A stretch of DNA of 64,000 nucleotides, taken from assembly GCA_030390025.1 (NCBI GenBank), contig CM059432.1, positions 133,178,001 to 133,242,000 of the forward strand, written 5' to 3'. The notes below the pieces were generated by a model that searched no databases, was not told where the DNA came from, and was given only the letters and a program-made list of their open reading frames with translations. Shown here one piece after another: positions 1-12,440 of the stretch (position 1 is its first letter; each line of letters begins with the position of its first letter). Both the position numbers and the translations under genes were made by a program. This DNA is from Squalus acanthias. Taxonomy: Eukaryota.

Positions 1-218
1 ATCTGTTCTATGTTGGCACTCCAAAATGTTTTTGACCGAGACATACATATATAGTTTATATATATCACCTAAGAAAACAAGAGGGGGAAAAAACCAGACA
101 AAACTAAATGATAAACAAATATTAATGAACATTTTAACCTGGTACAAATAAGGATAAGGCATCACAGAACAGAAGATTGAAAGCATGAGCACTCACAGGA
201 CCTCCAGGGAGTAGCAAG

Positions 219-743
219 GTGAAGACTATTAACCTTAAACACAAGAGATCATGTATGAAAGATCTGTCAATACCTCATTTAGGTTCAGTAACCCCACAGC
301 ACATCTACAATGAAGCCAGATATCAAGGTTATTCATCAGGGATAAATCCCTCATTTCACAGAAATGTGAATGGAAGGTGGGAGATGTTTAAAATAGATCA
401 GGCACTGTCATTGAACTCTGGCAATGAATTGGAAATGTCTTGGAAAAATTTCTGTACAGCAAAGAAGACAGAAATAAGCTGGGGACATAGTGTATTATGC
501 ATAATCCTCAATGCACAGAGAAGCAGTCTTTCAAGGTTCCTGTATAAAATAGGTTTATTTATGAGCTCAAGTTACATGAAAAGCAGAGTGCAAATTGACC
601 ACAGCGACCAGAACATTCCAGAAGGCACTGTAAGAAGGAGATTCAGTGACAGCTTTGTGAATGGAGGAAATCATGTATACAATTTGGCACTTCTCACCCA
701 GCAGTACACGGTCCAGATCACCTGGCAGAGGAGCCTGTGGTGA
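219..743 (+). mobile_element. Possible highly decayed LINE endonuclease (APE) remnant
   Basis: Only faint echoes of CR1 ORF2 N-terminal motifs (QGYSS; IDH..EG..RFSDSF; LLTQQYTVQIT); catalytic motifs not intact. Confidence 0.2.
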
Positions 744-770
744 GCAATTTGTAGACACTCCCCCTCTGGT

Positions 771-914
771 GCCGGCTGTGGTTCAGTTAGTAGCACTCTC
801 GCCTCTGAGTCAGAAGCTTGTGGGTTCAAGTTCCACTCTAGGCTGACACTCCAGTCTAGAACTAAGCGACTGCTACACTGTCGGGGTGCTGTCCTTCGGA
901 TGAGACGTTAAACC
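771..914 (+). mobile_element. SacSINE1-like (Deu-domain) SINE, 5' fragment
   Basis: tRNA-like head (TGGTTCAGTTAG...GGTTCAAGTTCC) and ...TTCGGATGAGACGTTAAACC; aligns with the full copy at 8384. Confidence 0.8.
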
Positions 915-1849
915 TTTTGGTTACACTCCAGGTTGAAAGTGAGGCAGTATTAATAAAGTGTACGAAGTAATCTTTTTGTTTACACATGTCAGCTAACTTA
1001 GGAACAGATCGACTTTCTCCTCGACCTTCTGTTATGCAGGCAAACTTACTATAGCATGGCTTTGCTTAGAATGGGCAGTGGTCCTCTTTAATCATGGCAT
1101 TGGTTGCACCCCATTTTAACAATGAATGCTGCCTTTTGGACCTTTATTTCAAGCACTGATCACAATTTATGATCAAATCAGTTCACTTCAAATAGCCCCA
1201 CAGCAGCATCATTGTACAGAGGACAACTGGGAGGCTTGAGTTTGTGATGTGGAACATGGAGAAAAGAACAAACCTGTAGTTCTCATAGGGGAGCTCAAAA
1301 CCGGATTGTAGCTGTAAAATGATCATTATTATGGATATAAATCTATAGGCAAAATGTATTTTCTGCAATGTAGGCTGAAGTGGAAAGAAAAATAATAAGT
1401 GAACTGTGTCTTTGGAGATTCAGAGTACTAAGACTACAACTTGTCTTAGAGGACGCATAAATCCATAGAGCCATGTACAGCCATGTTGCATCCTAGAACC
1501 GAGACTATCACGAGGCAGTCTCAAGCCATGCTGAACTCTCAGTGAATCATGGGGCCAGCTCATTTAAACATCTATTAGGATTGACTGAGCACAACCCCAA
1601 TGCAACATGGGCGTACTACATTGGGGGGAAAGGAAATTGCAGGTGCATGCCTTTAAAAAAGCCTAAATTGGCTTAGAAAGATTTCAGCTGCAGGTTAGAG
1701 GAGCAGCAGGTAAGCAGTGACCATTTTGCAAGGCTGAGATAACTGTCAAGTAGCTACAATGGGTGACTCTTGCATGATCTTGTGTCATTGTTAAAGCACG
1801 TCTTCAAGTGGAACCTGCCAGAGATACCAAAAGAAGGGAGCAGGGCATT

Positions 1850-2515
1850 AGAAACAGGCAGAAGAGAAGAGCACACCTTTTCAATGAGATTGACTTGCAG
1901 CCATTCTTGGATGAAATGCATCATCCAAGAATGGCTGCAAGGTGCCCGTAGGAAGAAACCTCAGAAAAGTGTCTTGCACGCCTTGTGGAGGGAGGTTGTT
2001 GTGGTGCTCAGTGTCAGAAAAAGTTCAATGACCTGACGAGGGTAGTCAAGTTCACACTGTCCCATTTTTTCCTTGGGTACTGTGGACATCAATAGACTGT
2101 TCACCTTCCAAAATTAATAACTATGCAATTAACCTTCACATTACACTGTGGTTAAGGAGTTCACTAATTCTGGATCTTACGATATTTATCATCATCTCCC
2201 TAACAACAATTACTTGCTTGCAGAACTTCACAACTCTTTCCTCCACTTTAACAGGGTGATACCAGTAGACCTCTTCCATCAGCTGCCTGATGTCACCTGG
2301 GAAACACCCCTCAAGTGCTAGCCCTCATCTAATTTCCCTCAATCTCAGTTACAGAAAAATTCGAGTGCAAAGTCCATGAAAGGCAGGGGACCGGAGGCGC
2401 CATACTGGAGATGAAAGATCTGATTCTCTATGAGGGGCAGGCCATGGAGTTGCTGGGGAGGCACTATGCTTTAGCTCTAGGAGATGGTGAGATCAGTGGG
2501 ACAGTGCGGGTGGTA
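1850..2515 (+). pseudogene. Decayed PIF/Harbinger Myb/SANT-like gene (two exon-like blocks)
   Basis: Frameshifted segments RAHLFNEIDLQPFLDEM..., ALWREV..., QCQKKFNDLTRVVK; second block ~2350-2515 reads ERQGTGGAILEMKDLILYEGQAMELLG...DGEISG. Confidence 0.65.
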
Positions 2516-2667
2516 GGTTAGTGGGCACACACACACGCACAGGCGCCATGGCATCCCTGTGCAACAGCAGACAAACAGAAGTTTCCATGCTCTTCTCTGT
2601 CTCCTTAATCACAAAGGTGTCATGCTCACCCATTGTCAGCTTATGCCGTCCTTTGTGGCAGATCTAT

Positions 2668-3172
2668 AAGAACATAAGAAATAGGAGCAGGAGTAGGCCA
2701 TTCAGCCCTTCAAGCCTGCTCCGCCATTCAATAAGATCATGGTTAATCCTCTACCTCAACTCCACTTTCCCGCCCTATCCCCATATCTCTTGATTCCCTT
2801 AGTGTCCAAAAATCTGTCGATCTCAGTCTTGAATTTACTCAATGACTGAGCATCCAAAGCCCTCTGGGGTAGAGAATTCCAAAGATTCACAACCCTTTGA
2901 GTGAAAAAATGTCTCCTCATCTCAGTCCTAAATGGCCAACCCCTTATTCTGAGACTGTGACCCCTGGTTCTAGACTCCCCAGCCAGGGGAAACAACCTCT
3001 CAGCATTTACCCTGTCAAGCCCCTTAAGAATTTTACACGTTTCAATGAGATCACCTCTGATTCTTCTAGACTCTAGGGAATATGGACCCAGTCAACTCAA
3101 TCTCTCCTCATAGTACAATACCCCCATCCCAGGAATCAGCCTGGTGAACCTGTGTTGCACTCCCTCTAAGGC
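2668..3172 (-). mobile_element. CR1 LINE 3' fragment
   Basis: ORF2 C-terminus (LEGVQHRFTRLIPG; RTRGHSLRIRG...FFTQRVVNLWNSLP) plus (AAGAACAT)n tail. Confidence 0.95.
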
Positions 3173-3807
3173 AACACAGCAATGTAGGGGTAGAGGCAGA
3201 GGATGATGATGAGGAGGTGGAAGGTGATAAGCAAGAGGAAGAGGAGAAGCAAGAGGACAGAATTTATTCTCCTCATCAACTACAATGAAAATGTTGAAAT
3301 AGCACCTAAGAAACAATTTGGAAGCAATTTGCTCCTTTGTCACAATTATTAATAGTAATGTCTTTACCAGGTGCAGCAGTAGAACCGTGCAGCCCGTGCA
3401 ATCGCACAGGGCCCCGAGCCAGTCAGGGTCCCCGAGCGGAGGATTCACAGCTTTCCTACGATGGGTTGTAATCCAGGGGACAAAGGGCAGCCTGCAGCGG
3501 GCTCCCTTCTCACCGACCCCACTCGCCCTCCCGCCGTCATGGGTGAGATGGGAGAAGGAGAAGGTGCGATTTAGTTCTTTCGAACTGTAAATAAAATTCA
3601 GGGGCCCCCAAATTGTACTGTTGCACAGGCAAACTCTGCTCCCGGTCTTTAAAATACATAATGGTCAATAGGCCTTTCCCAATACAATTTAACCTCGAAC
3701 AGTATCAACCATGTGTTGCGATTTGACATAAACGAGAGGAAGTTCATGATCATTAGACCAATGCAAGGGTATTATTTGAGGATTAGTAAGGGGCATTTAA
3801 ACATAAT

Positions 3808-4492
3808 GGCCCGTATTTTCCGATCTACGAACTTACCTGAGGCTCCCGAGGTGCATATACTTCCGCTCCTGGGCCTCTCCAAATTCGAAATGCGCAGGGC
3901 CCACGTATCCCAGGGGCGCAGGCAGTACGCAAGCATCCCTGGGATCACATGGGCCATGGGGAGCCAATAGGAGAAGGGAATCTCCCTTCATACACTTGAC
4001 AGATAGACCCGTCAAATATATGAATGGAGATCAGCCCAAAAACACATTAAAATATTAAATAAATTTAAAAAAAAGTCACATTTTAAAATGAGTTGAAATT
4101 ACAATAAATCAAATATTTTAAACAAAAATGTAATTTTTTGAAAAAAATAATTAAAGTTTTTTACGGGGCTAAAAATGAGTGAAAACATTTTAAATTTTTA
4201 AAAAAACTTTTTTCAAATCTTATGCTGGTAAAAGCAGGCCTTATGCCTGCTTTTACCAGGCGTAAGATTTCAAAGGGTTTTCTGCGGGCAGAGATTCTCC
4301 AGAAAGCGGAATTCTCTGACCGCAGAGGCCCTTCTCCAGGGCAGGCGTCCGATCTGTCAAGAGCATTCTTGACAGATCGGAAATGCCGGTTTTCAGCGCA
4401 TGCGCTTGGCATGCCTGAAACCGGCATTTCCGATGTCCCTACGGGTGTGTACACAGCGCATACACACCTGTAGGGATCGGAATATACAGCCC
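3808..4492 (+). mobile_element. Non-autonomous DNA transposon (Harbinger-like MITE family A) with multiple internal hairpins
   Basis: TIRs GGCCCGTATTTTCCGAT / ATCGGAATATACAGCCC; AT-rich core; close copy at 37635-38387, relatives at 16030 and 19317. Confidence 0.8.
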
Positions 4493-4515
4493 ATTATTCT
4501 GCAATTTGTGTATCT

Positions 4516-4943
4516 ATAGAAACATAGAATCTAGGAGCAGGAGTAGGCCATTCGGCCCGTCGAGCCTGCTCCACCATTCAATACGATCATGGCTGATCAT
4601 CCAAATCCAGTACCCTGTCCCTGCTTTAATCCCCACAGTACACATATCCCACCCTACCCCCGTAACCCCACGTATTTAATTCCCCCTAACATATCCCATC
4701 CTATCCCCATAACCCCACATATTTAATCCCCCCCTAACACTAAGGGTCAATTTATCATAGCCAAATCAACCTAACCCGCACATTTTTGGACTGTGGGAGG
4801 AAACCGGAGCACCCGGAGGAAACCCACGCAGACACGGGGAGAATGTGCAAACTCCACACAGACAGTCACCCGAGGTCAGATTCGAACCCGGGTCCCTGGC
4901 GCTGTGAGGCACCAGTGCTAACCACTATGCCACCGTGTTGCCC
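4516..4943 (-). mobile_element. HE1-like tRNA-derived V-SINE with CR1-type tail
   Basis: Minus strand: GGGCAACACGG-TGGCATAGTGG (A box), GGTTCGAATC (B box), V-domain GGGTTTCCTCCGGGTGCTCCGGTTTCCTCCCACAGTCC; CR1-like 3' end; internal ~47-bp tandem duplication at 4642-4738. Confidence 0.9.
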
Positions 4944-5139
4944 GATAATGGATACTTAACAAGAACAAGGGATATGCGTGTGTTTCACTTGAGTGAGGTA
5001 TGTTGACCTGCCTTAAGGGCATGATGATGCAATATCAACGGGACTCCTGTCGAGTATTCCATTAATATGAAGATTTTTAAAAACAAAAATTGCATTTTTT
5101 TTTAAATGTGGATTAAAAAAAAAAAAAATCTTTGTTTAC

Positions 5140-5420
5140 GAACATGTGGAAATGACGGGCAGGAAAAGACCAGCTGGTCCATCAAGCCTACCCCACACCA
5201 CGATGGCCGAACCATCATGGCTGAACACTCCTTTCCTCTGTCTCCCTCCCCCACCCCACCCCACAGCCATGTAACCTCCTGGGAGAGGCAAAAAAAAACC
5301 CCAGAAAAAACCCAGGGCCAATAAGGGGAAAAAAACCTCTGGAAAATTCCTCTCCGACCCCTCAGGCGATCGAATCCAGTCCAGGAGATCACACGGGCCA
5401 AGTGTTCTGTATAAAGACAC
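5140..5420 (-). mobile_element. CR1-type 3' UTR fragment (second family)
   Basis: GGAAAAGACCAGCTGGTCCATCAAGCC terminal motif; similar tail at ~12197. Confidence 0.55.
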
Positions 5421-5764
5421 TGACCTTCTATATGATGCAATTTCGGCCTTTCACTCACCTTTTGCTGGGAATACAAAATGGAGAGGCGTATTGCGTATGA
5501 ACAGATTGTGAAATGACAGGTGGGTAGTGATATTGCCTTATTTGGAGTGTAATAGTATAATGTTGTCACACACAGTGCAAGTGTGAAATGCAGACAAAAA
5601 AAACCAACAAACTAAACAAATAACAGCTGGCGGAATCACTGCGGTTTCTATTGCCCCACAGTTTAGTGGTGGGACTCGTCTTGTTCTGTATGTGTGAGAG
5701 TGCATGGTGTTTTGGGCCCATTTTGTTGTTAAGCTGGACCTATGATAGAGGATTGGTTTTCAAA

Positions 5765-6020
5765 CATAGTTTTTACATAGAATTACATAGAATTTTACAG
5801 CACAGAAACAGGCCATTCGGCCCAACTGGTCTGTGCCGGTGTTTATGCTCCACACGAGCCTGCTCCCACCCTACTTCATCTAACCCTATCTGCATATCCT
5901 TCTATTCCTTTCTCCCTCAAGTGTTTCTCCAGCTTCCCCTTAAATGCATCTATACCATTTGCCTCAACTACTCTTTGTGGTAACGAGTTCCACATTGTAA
6001 CCACTATCTGGGTAAAGTGG
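5765..6020 (-). mobile_element. CR1 LINE 3' fragment
   Basis: WNSLPQRVVEANGIDAFKGKLEKHL, plus CATAGAA tail. Confidence 0.9.
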
Positions 6021-6062
6021 ATCTTTGCAGCAATGTGGGGTAGCATGAGCTGCCTTTGTTTA

Positions 6063-6115
6063 ATATATATATATATATATATATATGTGTATTTATATAT
6101 ATGTATGTATGTATT
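6063..6115. repeat. (TA)n/(TATG)n microsatellite
   Basis: Read directly. Confidence 0.9.
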
Positions 6116-7612
6116 TCTCACTGCACTGTGTGTGACAACATTATCACACCTAAAATAAGTGAGTACCTGCTTTACAGATTCTAATTATGATGGTGGGTGG
6201 ATTGCTAAACATGCTGGCATGCCGACTGTAAATGACTAAAAAAACATTTCTTGAGTTTTATGTTGTGCAAGGTAGACATTACACGAGGAGAAAAACAACC
6301 TGACATTTAATTTCCTCTTTCCCATACCTCAAAACCATAGACAATGTGACTCAGACCTGCCCTGCAATCTGAGAAGGCAGATGTGTGTTCCTCCCGAACT
6401 CTGTGAAACATTTGTCACATCAAGAACGAGTAAGGTGTGGTGCATAACTTCTTTATGTATTTATTAAAATAAACGCTTATGAATGACAGTTACAAAATAC
6501 AATGCAGGCAGTAAGCAACCCCTGAAACAAGTGAACTTCAGTTCCCACACTCAACTTGGTTCACTGGCACTGGCCTATGAGGACTTCAGCTGTGAATCAG
6601 GAGGCTCCTAAATCACGGGGATCTGATACTTCTGAGCCATTTATATTTAGCAAACATTATAAAACAAACTGTTCATAGGACTGAGGCTGGTTCTGCTAGC
6701 AAACAAATTGAAGGAGGTGTGAGACATCCAAATATTAGTGTTCTTGACCTTTGCTCGAGCCGTTAAATATTGATAGTCCACGATATTTAAAAAGGCCTTA
6801 ATGTTGATAATTGCTCACTTTTTTTGTCAAATTGATATAGAAACTTATTTTATTGCATGGGCGTCAAAGTGAGCATTTTATATCGATTTTAAATTGTGTT
6901 ACACAATGTTGAATACAGATACAGTAAGGCTATAAGCATTCCTAGGTATTCTTGCGCACATTACCTTGTGCATCATTATGGATTTACTGTGGGAAATGCA
7001 GACATACATGGTTCTGCATTGTAAACAGTGATTTGTCATAATTGTTGATGACTGGTCTGTTGCAGATTTAAAATTTTCCAAATAAATATGAATAATTTTC
7101 TGGCTTTTTAGTGTATGTGTTAGAAGATAAAGGCTGGTTAATACAAAATTGGCAAAAAGAGTATGTTGTTATAAATCATTTATTCACACTTCTTTAGCAG
7201 TCACCTGAAAGCTCTCGAAATAGAACTCTCTAGGTGACATTTTAACCTCCTCGCGAATTGAAGAAAACCCTTTTTTTTTAGGCAGTTTATACCAGAAAAG
7301 ATGAAAAGCTGAGTTCAAAGAGAAAGCAAGTGATTCTCATTCAAATCCAAGCAATTTCATCCGGTTCATGCACTGATTTTGCTTTGTCTTTGAAATGTGA
7401 TAGTCTGGATGTTAATGCCGTTTTAACTAAAAGTGACGCTAACTGGTGAACTGAAGTGGTCACAGTGGATATTTTTCTTGAAACCTGAAGTATGGTTGAA
7501 ATGCAAATTCTGGTCGTGAAGGTAACAGAACTGTTAAAGCTTAAGAAAGTCTTGTAATCATTAAAATTAACTCAGTTTTACTTCATCTCCTCCATGTATC
7601 ATTGATCTCTGT

Positions 7613-7899
7613 TCTCCGCTAATTCTGACCTCATGCGCATCCCCAATTTTCATCGCTCCACCATTGGCGGCCGTGCCTTCAGCTGCCTAGGCCCTGAGCT
7701 ATTGAATTCCCTCCCTAAACCTTTCCGCCTCTCTACCTCTCTCTCCTCCTTTAAGACGCTCTTTAAAACCTACCTCTTTGACCAAGCTTTTGGTCATCTG
7801 CCCTAATATCTCCTTATATGGCTCTGTTTCAAATTTTGTTCGATAGCGCTCCTGGGACTACGTTAAAGGTGCTATATAAATGCAAGTTGTTGTTGTTGC
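7613..7899 (+). mobile_element. L2 LINE 3' end
   Basis: IGGRAFSCLGP...NSLP...SFKTLFKTYLFDQAF, then GCTATATAAATGCAAG(TTG)n tail. Confidence 0.85.
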
Positions 7900-8383
7900 T
7901 ATTTAGCAAAAAGCAGTGGAGCTCTATGGAGTTTGCTTTAGGGTTCGTCCCCATCCCGTTACTGGACTTCCCTGTCCACTTCCCACATTGCACCCTGTCC
8001 CATCTCTTCCTCAGTTTACTTTGCCCTGTTGAATCAGTCGTGCTTTTGCACTTCTCCCTAATCATTCATTCAGAATTTTCTTTTGTTGAAACTATCAGAA
8101 CTGCATGTGCTATAGCCCCTAGGCATGACTTTTATTTTTAAAAGTTTACTTCATTGTTTGCAATAAGGAATCAAATTGATGCCAAGTCCTGGTTTAGAAA
8201 TCTGTTCCAACTGATGCTTCCCATGGCTGATTAAACGGTGTCTAAACTACTATCCACGGGGGTTGATTTTACCAGTCTACCCATTCTGCCACAGGTTCCA
8301 GGGAAGATTGATAAAGAAGCAATTTAAGGTGGTTCAGGAGCTCAAAAAAGCATTATCCATGATTGCAGCAACTATGTCAGAAG

Positions 8384-8852
8384 TGTCAGCTGTGGCTCAG
8401 TGGGTAACACTCTCGCCTCTGGGTCAGAAGGTTGTGGGTTCAAGTCCCACTCCACGAGACTTGAGCACATAAAGCTAAGCTGACACTCCAGTGCAGCGCT
8501 GAGGGAGTGCTGCACTGTCAGAGGTGCCGTCTTTCAGATGAGACGTTAAACCGAGGCCCCATCTGCTTTCTCATGTGGACGTAAAAGATCCCATGGCATT
8601 ATTTCAAAGAAGAGTAGGGGAGTTATCCCTGGTGTCTTAGCCAATAGTTCTCCCTCAATCAACATAACAAAAAAGATTATCTGGTCATTTTCACATTGCT
8701 GTTTGTGGGAGCTTGCTGTGTGCAAATTGGCTGCCGTGTTTCCCACATTGCAACAGTGACTACACTCCAAAAGTACTTAGATTGGCTGTAAAGCACTTTG
8801 AGACATCCAGTGGTCGTGAAAGGCACTATATAAATGCAAGTCTTTCTTTCTT
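8384..8852 (+). mobile_element. SacSINE1-like (Deu-domain) SINE, full length
   Basis: A box TGGCTCAGTGGG, B box GGTTCAAGTCCC, central GGACGTAAAAGATCCCATGGCA, L2-like tail CACTATATAAATGCAAG(TCTT)n. Confidence 0.9.
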
Positions 8853-8932
8853 TATCTCTCCAGTACATCCGAATCCACAATGTGCTCATTATTGTTCTAC
8901 TCATTTGCTCCTGCTTTCAGTCCCACTCAGAA

Positions 8933-9069
8933 AGCCTGATTTTAACTTAATCCGCCCAGCGAGAATGGGGCAAGTTCGGGTCGGATGCCCGTTTTACACC
9001 CCGTTCGATCTCACTCTGCGTTGAAGTCAATACAGCGTAAAATTGGGCGGATTAGGTTAAAATCGGGTC
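8933..9069. mobile_element. Short palindromic MITE
   Basis: TIR CCTGATTTTAACTTAATCCGCCCA / TGGGCGGATTAGGTTAAAATCGGG; central TTGAAGTCAA. Confidence 0.75.
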
Positions 9070-9180
9070 TGCACTGAGAAATGCCTTCTACCAACCATCA
9101 GAAAAAGCCTTCATCAGATGTATCACATTGAACCTTAATCTTTGATGGCTTTGCAGGATAACCCCAAGCATAAAAGATAC

Positions 9181-10345
9181 ATACATAGAAGATAGGAGCA
9201 GGAGTAGGCCATCCGGCCCTTCGAGCCTGCTCCGCCATTTAATGAGATCATGGCTGATCCTTCAATTCAGTATCCCGTCCCCGCCTTCTCTCCGTAACCC
9301 TTAACCCCTTTTGCCTGTAGAAATATATCTAATTCCCTCTTAAATATATTTAATGAGCTGGCGTACACTGCCCTCTGTGGCAATGAGTTCCACAGGTTCA
9401 CCACTCTCTGAGTGAAGAAATTCCCCCTCATTTCTGTCCTAAATGGTTTAGCCCTTATCCTTAAATTATGTCCTCTAGTTCTGTTCTCACCCGCCAAGGG
9501 AAACATTCCTTCTGCATCTAATCTGTCTAGACCTGTCAGAATTTTATACACTTCTATGAGGTCCCCTCTCAATCTTCTAAACTCCAGTGTGTACATCCCT
9601 AAACTACATAGTCTCTCCTCATAGGTCAATCCCGCCATTCCTGGTATCAGCCTGGTGAATCGCCGCTGCACCCCCTCCATGGCAAGAACATCTTTCCTCA
9701 GATGAGGCGACCAAAACTGTACACAGTACTCGAGGTGTGGTCTCACCAGTGCCCTGTACAGCTGCAGCAAGGTATCCCTGTTCCTGTATTCCAACCCTTT
9801 TGCTATGAAGGCCAGCATACCGTTTGCCTTCTTGACCGCCTGTTGCACCTGCATGCTCGCCTTCAGTGACTGGTGTACAAGAACACCCAGGTCTCTCTGT
9901 ACTTCCCCCTCTCCCAATTTATTGCCATTTAAATAATAATTTGCCCTCCCGTTCCTGCACCCAAGGTGGATAACTTCGCACTTGTCCACATTATAGTGCA
10001 TCTGCCATTTATCCGCCCAATCACCCAGTCTGTCCAAATCGCTCTGGAGCTTCCTGGTCTCCTCCTCTGAGCCCACCCCCCCTCCTAGTTTAGTGTCGTC
10101 TGCAAATTTGGAAATGCTGCATTCGACTCCCTGATCCAGGTCATTAATATAAATTGTGAACAGCTGGGGACCCAGGACAGATCCCTGTGGTACCCCACTT
10201 GTTACTGCCTGCCATTCAGAAAATGAGCCGTTTATTCCAACTCTCTGTTTTCTATCTGACAGCCAGTTCTCTATCCACGTCAATACTTTCCCCTTTATCC
10301 CATGAGCTTCAATTTTCCATGCTAATCTTTTATGTGGGACCTTAC
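9181..10345 (-). mobile_element. CR1 LINE, 5'-truncated, uninterrupted RT C-terminal ORF (9267-10283)
   Basis: GVPQGSVLGP, FADD, LVRPHLEYCVQFW; 338 codons without stops; CR1 tail. Confidence 0.97.
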
Positions 10346-11012
10346 TGGCTTACTGGGTTCACCTGAGGGTGGACCTTAACTTCTGGGGGAGCTGGTCGGC
10401 TCAGCGGGTTGGACTGGTCGCCCGATGGATGGGACCAGAGGCCCAGTCCATTCCGAGAGCTGGGCCTCAGTAACATATATGCAGCCAGCAAGCTGATCGC
10501 CCCAAAACAACGTCACAATGAGGCAAGCAGCTCACCGGCTCCAGGCCGGCGCAAAATTGAGCAGCCCGACCAGATAGCAACCCGACCAGATAAAAGATGA
10601 GGTGGGGGAGGGGAAGGGTTGTGATCGCAGAGGGGGGGTGGGGGGTGGGGGCCACTCAGGATGCCAGCAGCCCACGTTACAAGTGTGGATTCCTCCCTCC
10701 TGCTCCTCCTGGCCCCACAATTATCGTTTTAGCACTTACCTCGAAGGTCCTCGCCTGCCGTTCTTCCAGTTTTTACTGAGCGGAGGAGCATCCACAGGAG
10801 AAGCCCCGCCCATTAGGCCATTAAACTGCCATCGGGAACCTGTGTACATTTGCCTGAATTTTGTGAGGCTCCTGCCCAATTCTTGCAGGCACCGCGGCCA
10901 CCCACGGGAAGGCCCCGGGAAAAGTGGTGGCAGAGCGGGAACGGGCCAGTGAGTCCATTTTAACTCCACCACTGCCCTGTTTCCACTGGGTAGTGGGTGT
11001 TAAAATGGGCCC
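10346..11012. mobile_element. GC/CpG-rich MITE-like fragment
   Basis: CpG-rich block ending in a TIR-like TTAAAATGGGCC with a terminal hairpin at 10952-11011; other end not found. Confidence 0.45.
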
Positions 11013-12196
11013 TCTGGTCTCAATCGAGATCAAGTTCTCCTCACCAGCCAAAACATCAGCATCTGCAGTAGTTGACTCGGTTGCTATTGCATAATCCTCA
11101 CCTCAAGATTAGAGTTCCACTGATACCACGCATCTCTCCACAATCTGAAAAAGCTGGTGCAAGTCACCAATGTATCTCATTCCATCAACTTTGATTGCTC
11201 AACTGGCACAATGTCACCTGGAGCCAAGACACATCATTTAAGGGATGCCAATCCGGAAGCTGCTGACAGGAAGTGGTGGGCACCTATCTTCATTCATTCC
11301 TATGAGCAGATTCCCTTGCTAATGGTGACTCAGCGGCTACGCTGTTGCAAGCGGGGGTTGAGGGGAGGGGGGTGGGGGTGGTGGGAAAGAGAGTTCTAGG
11401 GTCTGAAAAGGATGCAGAACGAGGTTTGTCAGAGATGTCCTCAGAGACAGTGGAGTAATTTCTTTTGGACAGGTTGCTAATAAATTTGAGCCAATTAGAT
11501 TTATTTTGCGATGAACTAGATGGACCTGTTCACTTTTTGTATGGCAGATATTCTGTGGCATTGCTGACAAGTGGTGTGGGGTCTGGAGTAGGGTTGCAAT
11601 ATTTACCTGCTAGCCTGGTCTGTACTTTTAAGGGTACTGCCCAATTAATGGGCCAGAAATTGTTGCAATGGTTTCATAGCATTAATTGGACTTTTACGCT
11701 CACCATTGACATTGCACAATATTAGCGGCGCCAATTGTTGGAACGTTGGACCAATGACAGCGCAGTGATGTCTAAGTCACATCTGGGATCTTGTGAGTGC
11801 TGTGCCCAATGGCTTATCTCCTTGATCAATGAAAGAAACAGAGATAAAGACCAGAGAAGAAATTGGGTAAATTAGAGTCAAACAAAATACATAGAAGACA
11901 GAAAGAGGAATAAAGAAAGGAAAGAAAGAGAGTGGATTAACAGAGAGAGAGAAAAAAAAGATAGAGAGGACAAATAAGATAAAAAATTTATAAAGAACCA
12001 GCAGAAGAAGAGAATGTTGTAACCCAGTTGGGTTTGGGCATTGCGGTGTTGGTCCTTGAGAAGTTAATGAGTGAATGGCAGGGTAGGTTTGCAAAATGTA
12101 CAAACAGTCTTGACCCATGAAGGATAAAACTAATGGCCCCTTCCTCATGATCAGGAGCAGTGCAACACCCAGTGGGTCCACCATTGCACTGCTTTC

Positions 12197-12440
12197 ATAG
12201 GAACATAGGAATTGCTCGATGAAAAAAGACCAAGGTCCATCAAGTTCATGATACAACAATAATGGCATTGCTGACGAATCGTAGAAATCAGTCTTTATCA
12301 ATTAGTCTACAACAGACCCAGAAGTGGCACAAGAAAAACCCTATTGGTGGAGAGCTTTGGGAACCATAGGTTCCAAAGTCACCCATTCCTTGCAATCATG
12401 CTACAGTTACCGCATGTCATGTCTCGAATTACTTTTATAC
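12197..12440 (-). mobile_element. Old CR1-type 3' UTR fragment
   Basis: CATAGGAACATAGGAA tail, AAGACCAAGGTCCATCAAG. Confidence 0.55.

Noticed and set aside
7280..8380. Small plus-strand exons near 7281, 7405-7522 and 8294
   Set aside because: In-frame stops or weak donors; no coherent reading frame.
8384..8455. tRNA genes (also near 771, 4870-4943, 40157)
   Set aside because: A/B boxes run directly into SINE bodies.
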